Source: an uncultured Methylococcaceae bacterium (lineage in GTDB: Bacteria; Pseudomonadota; Gammaproteobacteria; Methylococcales; UBA1147). From it: DNA of 64,000 nucleotides. A program made the translations under genes and the position numbers. Within the stretch, counting starts at the first letter, position 1. Each line of letters starts with the position of its first letter. The notes under the pieces were generated by a model. The model saw only the letters and a program-made list of their open reading frames with translations. It did not search any database and was not told where the DNA came from. The stretch is taken from positions 4,531 to 68,530 of the forward strand of contig CAZGQY010000002.1 in NCBI GenBank assembly GCA_964528035.1, written 5' to 3'. Shown here piece by piece: positions 18,285-28,771 of the stretch.

Positions 18285-20597
18285 ATGACAAAAGAAAACG
18301 AAAATCCACAGAGTACGTCCTGCGATAGTTGCCAGGATCCTGAGATTCCGGGCCGGAATTTGCCAAATTCCGCAGCAACCGGCAACCAGGTTTTTGATAT
18401 CCAGGGGCTGGACTGTGTTGAAGAAGTGACCATTCTTAAGCGGGAAATTAGCCCGTTGGTCGGCGGTGAGGCCTACCTTTCCTTCGACGTGCTGAACGGT
18501 AGAATGACGGTATTGCCCGGTGGCAAAACAGTCGCTTCCAAAATCATCCAGGAAAAGGTCGCGACTACAGGCATGAAAGCGATCCCCTGGGAACCCACGT
18601 CATCCGCGACCAGCCTTCAGCGCAGGCAGAAAATCCAAACGGCCTACACGGTATTAAGCGGGCTCTCAATTCTCGTCGGTATCATCCTGCATATAGGCTT
18701 CGCGGGCGGGTATTTCGAGGCACCGGCAATGGCGGGTCAAGACGAAATTCGTTCCGTCAATTGGGACGCCATTACGGCGTATCTAAAAAATCTACTAGAG
18801 ACTCATACACAGCTTACTATACCCGTTTCGGAAAAGATCGCCTATGGCTTCGCGATCGCTTTTGGTGTTCGTTATGTGGTGATAAAAGCATGGTTCGCGT
18901 TCCGGACTATGCGCCCGGATATGAACCTGCTGATGACCATTGCGGTCGCCGGCGCGATCTTCATCAATGAATGGTTTGAGGCAGCAACGGTCGCATTTTT
19001 ATTCTCCTTGTCGCTCGCAATCGAAGGCTGGAGTATCGGCCGTGCACGCCGGGCTGTCGAGGCGCTTCTGGATCTGGCTCCATCTTCAGTACGAATAAAG
19101 CATCAAACGGGAGGCGAACAAGTAATACCGGCAACGGAGGCTACGGTTGGGGTCCGGTTTATTGTCGCGCCGGGCGAACGAATTGCGCTTGATGGCGAAG
19201 TTGCAAGTGGGTCAAGCTCGGTCAATCAGGCGCCAATCACCGGAGAAAGTATTCCTGTCTCCAAACATCCAGGCGATGAGGTCTTCGCCGGTACGATTAA
19301 TCAGGAAGGGACACTTGAAGCTATCTCCACCAAACCCGCCTCGGATACAACACTGGCTCAAATAATCCATATGGTTGAGGAAGCCCACAGCCGGCGGGCA
19401 GAATCCGAACAATGGGTCGAAAAATTCGCCCGAATTTACACACCGGTCGTGATCGTGCTTGCGCTTGCCGTATTCATTGGGCCACCCTTATTTTTCGCTG
19501 AAAATTGGGATCTTTGGTTTTACCGGGCACTGGTACTACTGGTCATAGCCTGTCCCTGCGCCTTAGTTATTTCTACACCGGTTAGTATTGTGGCAGCCTT
19601 AGCTTGTGCCGCACGGCAGGGCATATTAATCAAAGGCGGGATTTATCTTGAAGCGCCGGCATCGCTACAAGCCATTGCATTTGACAAGACCGGCACATTA
19701 ACCCGTGGCCAACCGTCCGTCACTGACGTCTATCCATTGAATGGCCATACCGAAGAAGAATTAATTTCCCGGGCGGCTGCTTTGGAGAAACGTAGCCATC
19801 ATCCATTGGCGAAAGCTATATTGCAATATGCTCAGTCTTTAGAAATTGCTTTGCCGAATGCTGAGAACATAGAGGTACTTCCAGGGAAAGGTGTTATCGG
19901 ATTGATTAATGGAACCAGTTTCTGGCTGGGATCCCGCCGTTTCTTGTTAGAGCGGGGTCAAGAAACGGCCGATGTCGGTAAAAAAGGCTTTACGTTGGAA
20001 CAGGCAGGACAAACGGTGATCGCCGTTGGAAATGACCAGCACGTTTGCGGCCTGATTGCTGTGGCTGATGAGCCACGTGATCAGACTAAATTGATTATAC
20101 AGGCGCTACGAAAGATCGGCATAAAAAACCTGGTTATGCTGACCGGAGACAACACTGTGACCGCGAATTGTATTGGAGCCCGAACCGGGGTCGATGAAAT
20201 CCGCGCCGAGTTGTTGCCGGCCGATAAAGTCGATGCGGTCAGTGAACTGATTAAAAAATACGGCAATGTAGCCATGATCGGCGACGGCATTAACGACGCC
20301 CCTGCCTTGGGGCGGGCAAGCCTTGGCATCGCCATGGGTGCGATCGGTTCCGACGCTGCCATCGAAACCGCCGACATCGCCTTGATGGGCGACGATCTGT
20401 CCAAACTCCCCTGGCTAATCCGCCATTCCAGGCGAACTCTTTCCGTGATACGTCAAAACATAATTTTTGCATTAACGGTCAAAGCGGTATTCGCACTCTT
20501 GGCTTTTGCCGGAGTGGCCACATTGTGGGAGGCGATCGCAGCCGATGTGGGGGCGTCATTGCTGGTGGTTGCAAATGGCTTGAGATTACTGAGGTGA
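18285..20597 (+). CDS. cadA: Zn/Cd/Pb-translocating P1B-type ATPase
   Basis: N-terminal HMA domain (GLDCVEE), TGES, CPCALV, DKTGTLT, SHHP, GDGINDAP; C-terminal ADVGA...NGLRL. Confidence 0.92.
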   Translation: MTKENENPQSTSCDSCQDPEIPGRNLPNSAATGNQVFDIQGLDCVEEVTILKREISPLVGGEAYLSFDVLNGRMTVLPGGKTVASKIIQEKVATTGMKAIPWEPTSSATSLQRRQKIQTAYTVLSGLSILVGIILHIGFAGGYFEAPAMAGQDEIRSVNWDAITAYLKNLLETHTQLTIPVSEKIAYGFAIAFGVRYVVIKAWFAFRTMRPDMNLLMTIAVAGAIFINEWFEAATVAFLFSLSLAIEGWSIGRARRAVEALLDLAPSSVRIKHQTGGEQVIPATEATVGVRFIVAPGERIALDGEVASGSSSVNQAPITGESIPVSKHPGDEVFAGTINQEGTLEAISTKPASDTTLAQIIHMVEEAHSRRAESEQWVEKFARIYTPVVIVLALAVFIGPPLFFAENWDLWFYRALVLLVIACPCALVISTPVSIVAALACAARQGILIKGGIYLEAPASLQAIAFDKTGTLTRGQPSVTDVYPLNGHTEEELISRAAALEKRSHHPLAKAILQYAQSLEIALPNAENIEVLPGKGVIGLINGTSFWLGSRRFLLERGQETADVGKKGFTLEQAGQTVIAVGNDQHVCGLIAVADEPRDQTKLIIQALRKIGIKNLVMLTGDNTVTANCIGARTGVDEIRAELLPADKVDAVSELIKKYGNVAMIGDGINDAPALGRASLGIAMGAIGSDAAIETADIALMGDDLSKLPWLIRHSRRTLSVIRQNIIFALTVKAVFALLAFAGVATLWEAIAADVGASLLVVANGLRLLR

Positions 20598-20628
20598 AGT
20601 CGAAACCGATAACACAATATTTGGTTGT

Positions 20629-21132
20629 TTGTGTATCGATGGATCCTCTATCTTGCGAAACGTCCAAATGACGTATAACATTTATTTCATGAACGTCCGT
20701 CAAACCACGTATTTTAAACGCGCTGTGGTAGTACTGTTTCTACTAACGGGACTTTCATCGCAATTCCAGGTCGTATTCGCCTGCGACTTGATGGACGGTC
20801 AACCCCAGCCCGTTTGCTGCTGCGGCGAAGAAATGTCAGACGGCTGCGAAATGGGCGGTGGGTGCGGCATGGATGAAAAACACCACCTCGATTCAGATTG
20901 CTGCGAAGTTGTTGTTGGCGACCTTTCTGACGTTAGTCTGGGCGGTCCCGCGTCAACGGCCAGTCAAGTCGTCCTGCAAAACGCACCGCAGCCACCTCCT
21001 TTAGCACTTTGTACTGCTGTTTCAAATCCACAGTTTAAATTCGGCGGTGCATTCCTTCCCTTTTACTACACCACAAATCGACATCTTGCCGGTACCGAGA
21101 TCTATCTCGTTACGCAGCGCTTTCGTATTTAA
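20629..21132 (+). CDS. Exported Cys-rich small protein (likely start ATG 20689)
   Basis: Signal peptide, then FACDLM...VCCC...CEMGGGC...DCCE; ends TQRFRI; precedes the TolC/CusB/CusA set. Confidence 0.7.
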   Translation: MCIDGSSILRNVQMTYNIYFMNVRQTTYFKRAVVVLFLLTGLSSQFQVVFACDLMDGQPQPVCCCGEEMSDGCEMGGGCGMDEKHHLDSDCCEVVVGDLSDVSLGGPASTASQVVLQNAPQPPPLALCTAVSNPQFKFGGAFLPFYYTTNRHLAGTEIYLVTQRFRI

Positions 21133-21213
21133 TAACATCTCTCACTCGAAGCTATTCGATCTGCCAACGCATTAATTCTGCGTGCGGGGTGGTTTTTATT
21201 TTTGTACTGAGAG

Positions 21214-22530
21214 GTGTTTATGATTCGTAAATTCCCAGCGACCTGGCGGCATTGGGCTGTTGTACTGCCGTTATTCACTGTCACCGCAGCTACACATGCG
21301 GCCGAAACCCAGCTCATTGAAGGGCAAACGGAGTTGACGTCGGCCGGGCTTGTTGCCGCAGTATTGTCCAGAAACCCTACATTGCCAGCGATGCAGGCAG
21401 TATGGGAAGCTGCCGATACGCGTATTGAGCAGGTTTCTGCACTGGACGACCCTCAGCTGTCCTATAGAGTAGCGCCCGCAACAGCAGGAGTATCCGGTCT
21501 GGATTTCGGTCAGAAACTGGAAGTTTCCCAGAAAATTCCCTGGCCGGGTAAATTACATCTACGCAGTGAAGCCGCACAATATGATGCCGATGCGGTTCAT
21601 CAAAGTGTCAAAACGCTGCAGCTGCACCTTGCCGCAAAAGCCAAAATCTTGTTCGCGGATTGGTATTTCGTACATGAGGGTATCCGAATCAACCGCATCA
21701 ACCAGAATCTTTTGCATGAATTCCAGCGGATCGCGATCACACGTTACAGTACCGGCTTGGCGACCAAGCAGGACGCGCTGCATGCGGCAGTGGAAATCAA
21801 TTTGCTGAAACACCAGGCGATTGGGTTGGATCGCGAACGACGCGAGATTATTGCCCGCGTCAACCGTTTGCTGACCCGTAACCCCGATGAACCGATACCA
21901 CTGCCTCATAAGCTCTCAGAACCCGTGCAGTTAGGCAAAGCCGATTCGTTGCGCGCCCAAGCGCTTCAATCGAGACCTGAACTCAAGGCTCAACAGGCGC
22001 ATATTCAAGGGTTCTACACCCGAACGGAACTGGCTCAACGGGATTTCTACCCCGATTTCAACCTATCCGCGGGGTACAACAGTCTGTGGGATAGAAACCA
22101 GAAGCGTTTCACCGTTGGTATTGGAATCAATCTACCGATCGATCAAAGCAAGCGCAGAGCGGCCGAAGCCGAGGCTCGTGCAAAACTGAAGCAGGCGCAA
22201 TGGAAGAAAAACGATCTCACAGCAATGATCGAGGAAGAAGTACAAATCGCCTACGACCGGGTACAGGAAACCCGGCATGTACTCACCCTCTATCGGAGGC
22301 AACTGTTGCCCCTCGCTGAAGAAAACCTCGACGCCGCAATGGCGGACTACCGTTCCGGAAGCGGCGATTTTTTAACCTTAATCAGCACCGAAAAAAACCT
22401 CATGCAGACTCAACTGGAAGTGGAACGGGTGTTAACTGATTCACATCGCCGATTGGCTGAACTTGAGCGTGCGGTAGGTCGCATTGAACCGTTAACCACT
22501 GAAGGTCATTTCGAGAGGCATCAGCCATGA
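21214..22530 (+). CDS. TolC-family outer-membrane factor of a Cus-type system
   Basis: Signal peptide, AVLSRNPTLPAM, QKIPWPGKL, DYRSGSGDF. Confidence 0.9.
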   Translation: MFMIRKFPATWRHWAVVLPLFTVTAATHAAETQLIEGQTELTSAGLVAAVLSRNPTLPAMQAVWEAADTRIEQVSALDDPQLSYRVAPATAGVSGLDFGQKLEVSQKIPWPGKLHLRSEAAQYDADAVHQSVKTLQLHLAAKAKILFADWYFVHEGIRINRINQNLLHEFQRIAITRYSTGLATKQDALHAAVEINLLKHQAIGLDRERREIIARVNRLLTRNPDEPIPLPHKLSEPVQLGKADSLRAQALQSRPELKAQQAHIQGFYTRTELAQRDFYPDFNLSAGYNSLWDRNQKRFTVGIGINLPIDQSKRRAAEAEARAKLKQAQWKKNDLTAMIEEEVQIAYDRVQETRHVLTLYRRQLLPLAEENLDAAMADYRSGSGDFLTLISTEKNLMQTQLEVERVLTDSHRRLAELERAVGRIEPLTTEGHFERHQP

Positions 22531-24029
22531 AATATGCTACGAAGATTGGGTTAACGACGACCGCGCTAATCCTGTTGGCTCTTATTGGTGCAGGCATTGT
22601 TGTTCTCAGTGACAGAAACGGCGTTTTTGTGGGCATTCAGTCTGTAGGTCCAATCCATATGGCCGGGCCGTTCCAAGTCCAGATCGGTATCTATCCGGAA
22701 AAGCCCAGAATCGGCAAAAACCAACTTACACTCATTATCCAAAACAAAGATGATCAGCCGGTTGAGGATGCCAATGTTAGCGCTACCGCCAAAATGCCGG
22801 CGATGGGTGCAATGCCCGCGATGCCTGCGCCGGTTGAAATCAAAGCCGGCGGCGCCGGGCGCTATCAAGGGCAGTTTGAATTACCCATGGATGGCGCCTG
22901 GCCGTTGACCGTGAAAATCCAATCCGCCACGCAGGGACAGGCCAAACTCACCTTTGAGATGGCCACCAGCCGCAAGGGCTTGAAATTAAGCACTTCGACT
23001 CCGAGCAGCATTCAATCAGAAAAGCCCCGTGAGGCCTATGTTGCGCCATCTCCGAAACAACCGGCAACCTTTCGGGTGGATGCCTACCGGCGCCAGCTCA
23101 TCGGCGTGACAACGGGAATAGTGGAGAAAAGACTTCTCACGAAAATTATTCGTGCGGCCGGAGAAATTAGAGTTGACGAAACCCGACTGACCGATATCAG
23201 CCTCAAATTCGATGGCTGGATTGGCAGCCTTTATGCCGATTATTTAGGTGCACCCGTCACAAAAGGGCGGACACTCTTCACGGTTTATAGCCCGGAACTG
23301 GTTTCGGCTCAGGACGAGTATCTCAATACCTTGTGGCGAAACAACGCTGGTTTGAGTGCACTGCGGAATGCGGCTCGTCGGCGCCTTAGCTTATGGGATA
23401 TCGGCCCGGCTCAGATTCGGGCGCTGGAAAAACGCGGCAAGGCCATCGAATATCTACCGATCCCCTCTCCGGTTACCGGAGTGGTTATCGAAAAAAGCAT
23501 CGTATCTGGTACGGCTATCAAGGCCGGTGCGCAGTTATTACGCATCGCTGACTTATCAATGGTCTGGGTGGACGGACAAATTTACGAATACGAACTGCCG
23601 TGGGTGCGGGTCGGCATGGATGCGGAAGTCATGCTGCCCGACAAGCCGGATCGCTCCTTTCCGGCAAAAGTTACTTTTATCAGTCCGTACCTGGAAGGTG
23701 AAACCCGTACTGCGCGTATACGGGTAGAACTGTCCAATCCGGAAGGCATTCTGCGCCCCGATATGTATGCCCGCCTCAATCTGAAGGTTGATCTGGGACA
23801 ACGTTTGGTCGTCCCGGAGGAAGCGGTCCTCTTTGCGGGCGAAAGCCGCATCGTTTTTTTGGATCTTGGGGAAGGGCTGCTGCAACCGCGAAAGATCAAC
23901 ACAGGCCTTCGCAACGCCGACTTTATCGAAGCAATCTCCGGCTTGAGCGCCGGTGATGTTGTCGTCACCTCGGGTAATTTTCTCATCTCGGCAGAGAGTA
24001 AACTTAAAGCGGGGGTCGATCAATGGTGA
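22527..24029 (+). CDS. cusB: CusB-type periplasmic adaptor with N-terminal YtkA/FixH-like domain
   Basis: YtkA-like segment (IGKNQLTLIIQNKDDQPVEDANV...MPAMGAMPAM...GAWPLTVKI), then CusB motifs YSPELVSAQDEYL and LRPDMYA. Confidence 0.85.
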   Translation: MKYATKIGLTTTALILLALIGAGIVVLSDRNGVFVGIQSVGPIHMAGPFQVQIGIYPEKPRIGKNQLTLIIQNKDDQPVEDANVSATAKMPAMGAMPAMPAPVEIKAGGAGRYQGQFELPMDGAWPLTVKIQSATQGQAKLTFEMATSRKGLKLSTSTPSSIQSEKPREAYVAPSPKQPATFRVDAYRRQLIGVTTGIVEKRLLTKIIRAAGEIRVDETRLTDISLKFDGWIGSLYADYLGAPVTKGRTLFTVYSPELVSAQDEYLNTLWRNNAGLSALRNAARRRLSLWDIGPAQIRALEKRGKAIEYLPIPSPVTGVVIEKSIVSGTAIKAGAQLLRIADLSMVWVDGQIYEYELPWVRVGMDAEVMLPDKPDRSFPAKVTFISPYLEGETRTARIRVELSNPEGILRPDMYARLNLKVDLGQRLVVPEEAVLFAGESRIVFLDLGEGLLQPRKINTGLRNADFIEAISGLSAGDVVVTSGNFLISAESKLKAGVDQW

Positions 24030-27000
24030 ACGATGACAAGACAACACCCAGTGGCCCCATTGAAAGATTGATCGCGTATTGCGCCCACCATTCGGCAATG
24101 ACTCTGATCCTGGTTGCGACCTGTGCCTTTTGGGGCTATCGATCGCTGATCAATACCCCTTTGGACGCCATTCCAGACCTGTCCGATGTGCAGGTCATTA
24201 TCTACACTGAATGGCCGGGACGCAGCCCGGATCTGGTTGAGGACCAGATCACTTATCCGCTGACCACAACACTGCTGGCGGCGCCGAATGTAGAATTCGT
24301 GCGCGGGCAGAGTTTTATGGGCCTGAGTTTTGTCTACGTGATTTTCGAAGACGGCACGGATATTTATTGGGCTCGCTCGCGAGTCATGGAATATCTGAAT
24401 TCAGCGGCGGCCGATTTACCGGGTGGCGTGCGTCCAACCCTGGGTCCGGATGCCACCGGCGTCGGTTGGGTATATCAGTATGCTTTGGTGGATAAATCCA
24501 GCAAAAACAGCTTGGCCGATCTCAGAAGTCTGCAGGACTTCAGCCTGCGTTATTGGCTGGAATCGGTCAAAGGCGTGGCGGAAGTCGCGTCCATCGGCGG
24601 CTTCGAGAAAGAATATCAAGTCACTGTAGACCCAAATAAACTAGCGGCCTATGGTATTTCTTTAAATGAAGTCGCCCGGGCGATTCGCCGTTCCAACAAT
24701 GACGTGGGAGGCCGTGTTCTGGAAATTGCGGGTCACGAACATTTTATCCGCGGACGCGGTTATATTCATTCCACCAATGACATCGAACGCATTGTCTTGC
24801 GCGCCAGCACGGCGGGTGTGCCGGTATCGGTCCGCGATGTGGCAACCGTCAGTTTAGGGCCTGCGCTGCGGCGGGGATTGGCCGAACTGGATGGTGAAGG
24901 AGAAACGGTCGGTGGCATCGTCGTAATGCGATATGGAGAAGACGCCCTGGCGGTGATCGAAAGGGTCAAGCAGCGTCTAAACGAGATTCGGGACGCTTTG
25001 CCGGAAGGCGTTGAGATCGTGACAGCTTATGACCGCTCGGATCTGATCAAGCGCTCTATCGAAACGCTTAAAAGTACACTGATCGAAGAGATGATTGTGG
25101 TCTCTGTAGTCATCCTGGTGTTTTTACTCCATTTTCGTTCCGCCCTGATCGCTATTTTAACCCTGCCCCTTGCCATCCTGTTAGCTTTTATCCCGATGTC
25201 TGAGCAACAACTGACCGCTAACATCATGTCACTGGGCGGTATAGCAGTCGCCATCGGCGCCATGGTGGATGCCTCCATCGTCATCATCGAGAATATCCAT
25301 AAACGCCTGGAAGAACAATCTGATGGCGCTGATTCCAATCGGCGGGAAACCATCATTCATGCCATGCAGGAAGTCGGACCCAGCATTTTCTTCTCGTTAT
25401 TGATTATCACCGTCGCTTTCCTGCCGGTATTTGCCCTGGAAGGTACCGAAGGCCGATTATTCGAACCTCTGGCCTTCACTAAAACCTATTCCATGGCTTT
25501 CGCGGCGCTACTCGCTATCACTTTTACACCGGCTCTGGCCGTGCTCTTGATACGCGGCAAGATTCGAGGAGACAAAAGTCCACTCAACCGTACACTGGTC
25601 GTTTTATATACACCGGTAGTACGCTTTTCGATCCGCTTTCGGTGGTGGGTGATCGGTTTTTCCATACTCGCACTGGTTGCAAGCATTCCGGCTTTCCTCA
25701 AGCTCGGTAATGAATTCATGCCGCCGCTGAATGAAGGCAGTATTTTGTACATGCCAACGGCATTACCGGGAATGTCCATTACCGAAGCCGGAAAGGTACT
25801 TCAGTCCATGGACCGGCAACTGAAGACCTTTCCTGAAGTCGAGCGGGTATTTGGTAAAATCGGCCGCTCCACCAGTCCCACCGATCCGGCTCCCCTATCG
25901 ATGGTTGAAACCGTCATCACTCTCAAACCTCAAGACCAGTGGCGCGACGGCCTGACCTGGGATGCTTTGATCGCCGAAATGGATGAAAAGATGCAGTATC
26001 CGGGCATGCCTAATATCTGGTGGATGCCGATTCAGACCCGCACCGAAATGTTGGCCACCGGCATTCGCTCCAGCTTGGGTATCAAGGTTTTTGGCGATGA
26101 TTTATCCACCATCGAGGCTACGGCGGTTCGTATCGAGCGCGCGCTGCAAGAAGATCAGCGTACTCGTCCTTTTACCCGCAGCGCCTTTGCCGAACGGCTA
26201 ACCGGAGGATACTTTCTTGATTTCGATATTGACCGGGACAAAATTGCCCGCTATGGACTCACGATTAGCGATGTGGAAGAGGTTCTTATGGTCGCCATTG
26301 GCGGTTTAGCCGTTTCTCAAACGATCGAGGAGCGAGAACGTTACGCCATCAATCTGCGCTATGCCCGCGAGTTCCGCGATAACCCCGAAGCGCTGAAACG
26401 TGTGCGGGTACCGACGCCGGACGGGGCACAAATACCCCTCAGTCAATTAGCCGAGTTTAACTTCCTGACAGGCCCACCCATGCTGCGCAATGAAGATGGC
26501 CAACTGGTCTCGTTTGTATTCGTGGATGTTAAAGACATCGGCATTGCCGATTATGTCAATCTGGCGCGCCAAGTGGTGAATGAAAAGGCCGCTGTACCCT
26601 CCGGTTATAGAATCGCTTGGGCCGGACAGTTTAAATACTTTGAGCGCGCGAAGGCCAAACTCAAGCTCCTGGTTCCGCTGACCTTGTTGATCGTTTTTCT
26701 CATGCTGTATTTCAATCGAGGGTCGATCGCCGAGGCTTTGATTATCCTGTTGGCGATCCCGTTCTCTCTGATCGGCGCGGTGTGGCTTTTAGTTTGGCTC
26801 GATTATAATCTGAGTATCGCCGTGTGGGTCGGCATGATCGCCTTGGCTGGTCTCGATGCCGAAATGGGTGTACTCATGATGCTTTATCTGGGCATGAGTT
26901 ATCAGCAGCGTGCTGCAGAAAACCAGCTGAATACGGATCAGGATTTGACCGAAGCGATTGTAGAGGGTGCCACACTCCGTATCCGTCCGATGTTGATGAC

Positions 27001-27178
27001 TGGGATGGCTACGTTGCTAGGACTGGTCCCAATTCTGTGGAGTACCGGCGCCGGAGCGGATGTGATGCAGCGGATTGCGGCGCCCATGGTGGCCGGCATC
27101 GCTTCGGCGATGTTTATTGTGTTGGTGGTTTTTCCGGCGGTATTTTCTTTGTGGAAGCAATCTGAAGAGTGGAATTAA
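24023..27178 (+). CDS. cusA: CusA/SilA-type RND efflux transporter
   Basis: PLDAIPDLSDVQVIIYTEWPG, LGPDATGVGWVYQYALVD, GAMVDASIVIIEN, RIRPMLMT. Confidence 0.95.
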   Translation: MVNDDKTTPSGPIERLIAYCAHHSAMTLILVATCAFWGYRSLINTPLDAIPDLSDVQVIIYTEWPGRSPDLVEDQITYPLTTTLLAAPNVEFVRGQSFMGLSFVYVIFEDGTDIYWARSRVMEYLNSAAADLPGGVRPTLGPDATGVGWVYQYALVDKSSKNSLADLRSLQDFSLRYWLESVKGVAEVASIGGFEKEYQVTVDPNKLAAYGISLNEVARAIRRSNNDVGGRVLEIAGHEHFIRGRGYIHSTNDIERIVLRASTAGVPVSVRDVATVSLGPALRRGLAELDGEGETVGGIVVMRYGEDALAVIERVKQRLNEIRDALPEGVEIVTAYDRSDLIKRSIETLKSTLIEEMIVVSVVILVFLLHFRSALIAILTLPLAILLAFIPMSEQQLTANIMSLGGIAVAIGAMVDASIVIIENIHKRLEEQSDGADSNRRETIIHAMQEVGPSIFFSLLIITVAFLPVFALEGTEGRLFEPLAFTKTYSMAFAALLAITFTPALAVLLIRGKIRGDKSPLNRTLVVLYTPVVRFSIRFRWWVIGFSILALVASIPAFLKLGNEFMPPLNEGSILYMPTALPGMSITEAGKVLQSMDRQLKTFPEVERVFGKIGRSTSPTDPAPLSMVETVITLKPQDQWRDGLTWDALIAEMDEKMQYPGMPNIWWMPIQTRTEMLATGIRSSLGIKVFGDDLSTIEATAVRIERALQEDQRTRPFTRSAFAERLTGGYFLDFDIDRDKIARYGLTISDVEEVLMVAIGGLAVSQTIEERERYAINLRYAREFRDNPEALKRVRVPTPDGAQIPLSQLAEFNFLTGPPMLRNEDGQLVSFVFVDVKDIGIADYVNLARQVVNEKAAVPSGYRIAWAGQFKYFERAKAKLKLLVPLTLLIVFLMLYFNRGSIAEALIILLAIPFSLIGAVWLLVWLDYNLSIAVWVGMIALAGLDAEMGVLMMLYLGMSYQQRAAENQLNTDQDLTEAIVEGATLRIRPMLMTGMATLLGLVPILWSTGAGADVMQRIAAPMVAGIASAMFIVLVVFPAVFSLWKQSEEWN

Positions 27179-27415
27179 GGTTGATTCTATTTATGAAATA
27201 ACCTTTGAAGTAATTTCCCTCTTTAGGCTCATTTCAAATTGGAAGAGGCTACTGATGGATTAAAAACTATAAATGAACGAAAATGTCCGATAATTATGTT
27301 CAACTAAGATGACAAATATTGCTGAATTCGTGAAGCTTGCAAATAAACATCGAAATAGAATTAAGATAAATCATTTTGTTTATAAGGCAATATTCGAGTT
27401 GAAAATTATTATGAG

Positions 27416-28261
27416 TTGCGGGTGGGAATGACTACATTAAACAAGCTACCGAGTTTTGAGAATCCTCCTTTAATCGAAGTAGCGCTTTCAGTCCAATTTG
27501 AATCTCTACCTGAATTGCAAATCCCGCAATTGGGGCTTTTATGGGCTGAATTTAAGGAAAGGTTTCCTCGTGTTGAACAACACACGCCCGTCGATCAGGT
27601 CATCGAACGAATTGGAGTTCGGGCAGTCCCGCAGCCTAGGGTCGGATTCAAACTCTTAGAAAATCCCCCTTTACCGCGACTATGGTTTGCAGAAGACGGG
27701 GGAAACGAACTTGTCCAGGTGCAGAGTGACTTCTTTGGGCGAAATTGGAGGAAAATTAAAGAACTAGAAGAATATCCGCGTTATGAGGATGCCATTCGAC
27801 CTGGGTTCGTAACAGATTGGAACATTTTCGAACGTTACGTTGAGGAGAAAGGGCTTGGGCCAATTAAACCGAATCAATGTTCGGTCACCTATGTAAACCA
27901 CATTGTTTCAGGTGACGTTTGGCAGGATCACAACGAGCTGGGATCTATCTTCCGAATCTGGAATGGCGGCAATGACAAAAGAATTCCACTTGAGATGGAA
28001 GATGCCAAATTTGCTTTACGTTATGTTATCTCATCTCAAAAAAATGAGTTTTTTGGCCGTCTGCATATTTCCGTCGAACCCGCTTTTTTAAAGCAGGATG
28101 ACAAACCGATTTTCGTGTTGACATTAACCTGCCGTGGGAAACCGATGAACGAAGGTTTAGACGGAATTCTATCGTTTATGGATTTGGGGCGCCGCCATAT
28201 TGTAGATTCGTTCGACGCCATAACAACAGAAGAAATGCACGAGGTTTGGAGGAAATTATGA
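27416..28261 (+). CDS. TIGR04255-family protein (likely start ATG 27428)
   Basis: LPSFENPPLIEVALSVQF, RLWF...LVQVQ, YPRYE, VTYVNHI, FDAITTEEMHEVW. Confidence 0.75.
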   Translation: MRVGMTTLNKLPSFENPPLIEVALSVQFESLPELQIPQLGLLWAEFKERFPRVEQHTPVDQVIERIGVRAVPQPRVGFKLLENPPLPRLWFAEDGGNELVQVQSDFFGRNWRKIKELEEYPRYEDAIRPGFVTDWNIFERYVEEKGLGPIKPNQCSVTYVNHIVSGDVWQDHNELGSIFRIWNGGNDKRIPLEMEDAKFALRYVISSQKNEFFGRLHISVEPAFLKQDDKPIFVLTLTCRGKPMNEGLDGILSFMDLGRRHIVDSFDAITTEEMHEVWRKL

Positions 28262-28752
28262 GCGCTGGAAACCTTGCATATGCGCCGCAATTCGGCCCCG
28301 TGACGGATGACGTTTCGGGATTCAGCAGCTGTCGGTTGCGTGAAAGAGACGATACAAGCGTTGCTGCCGTCGGGGAAACACTCACTTACAACAACGATTT
28401 CAAGTGGCTACCGCCCATCGTTTCCCGTTTGAAGGATATATTACAGCTGAATGCCGATTGGGATTCCTACGGAGCGCATCCAGTCCGACCGGAATCCGCG
28501 GAAACTGTACTTGACCTTTTATACAACTTGATGAGCAGTGACACGCCGATACCCGCAATAATTCCCACCCCCGAGGGTCATGTGCAAATCGAGTGGCATA
28601 CCAAAGGAATCGACTTGGAGGTGGAAATTGAAAGCCCAGCTTTATTTCACGTTTCATACGAGGATTCAATAAGCAATAATGAATGGGAAGGCGACTTACA
28701 GTACGATATGACGCGGTTAGCGACGTTTATCCGGGAACTCACGAATCGCTAG
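28246..28752 (+). CDS. Hypothetical protein, second gene of the TIGR04255 module
   Basis: Overlaps the upstream stop; LQLNADWDSYGAHP...PAIIPTPEGHVQIEW motif. Confidence 0.75.
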   Translation: MEEIMSAGNLAYAPQFGPVTDDVSGFSSCRLRERDDTSVAAVGETLTYNNDFKWLPPIVSRLKDILQLNADWDSYGAHPVRPESAETVLDLLYNLMSSDTPIPAIIPTPEGHVQIEWHTKGIDLEVEIESPALFHVSYEDSISNNEWEGDLQYDMTRLATFIRELTNR

Positions 28753-28771
28753 CGAACAGAGCATTCCTTAC

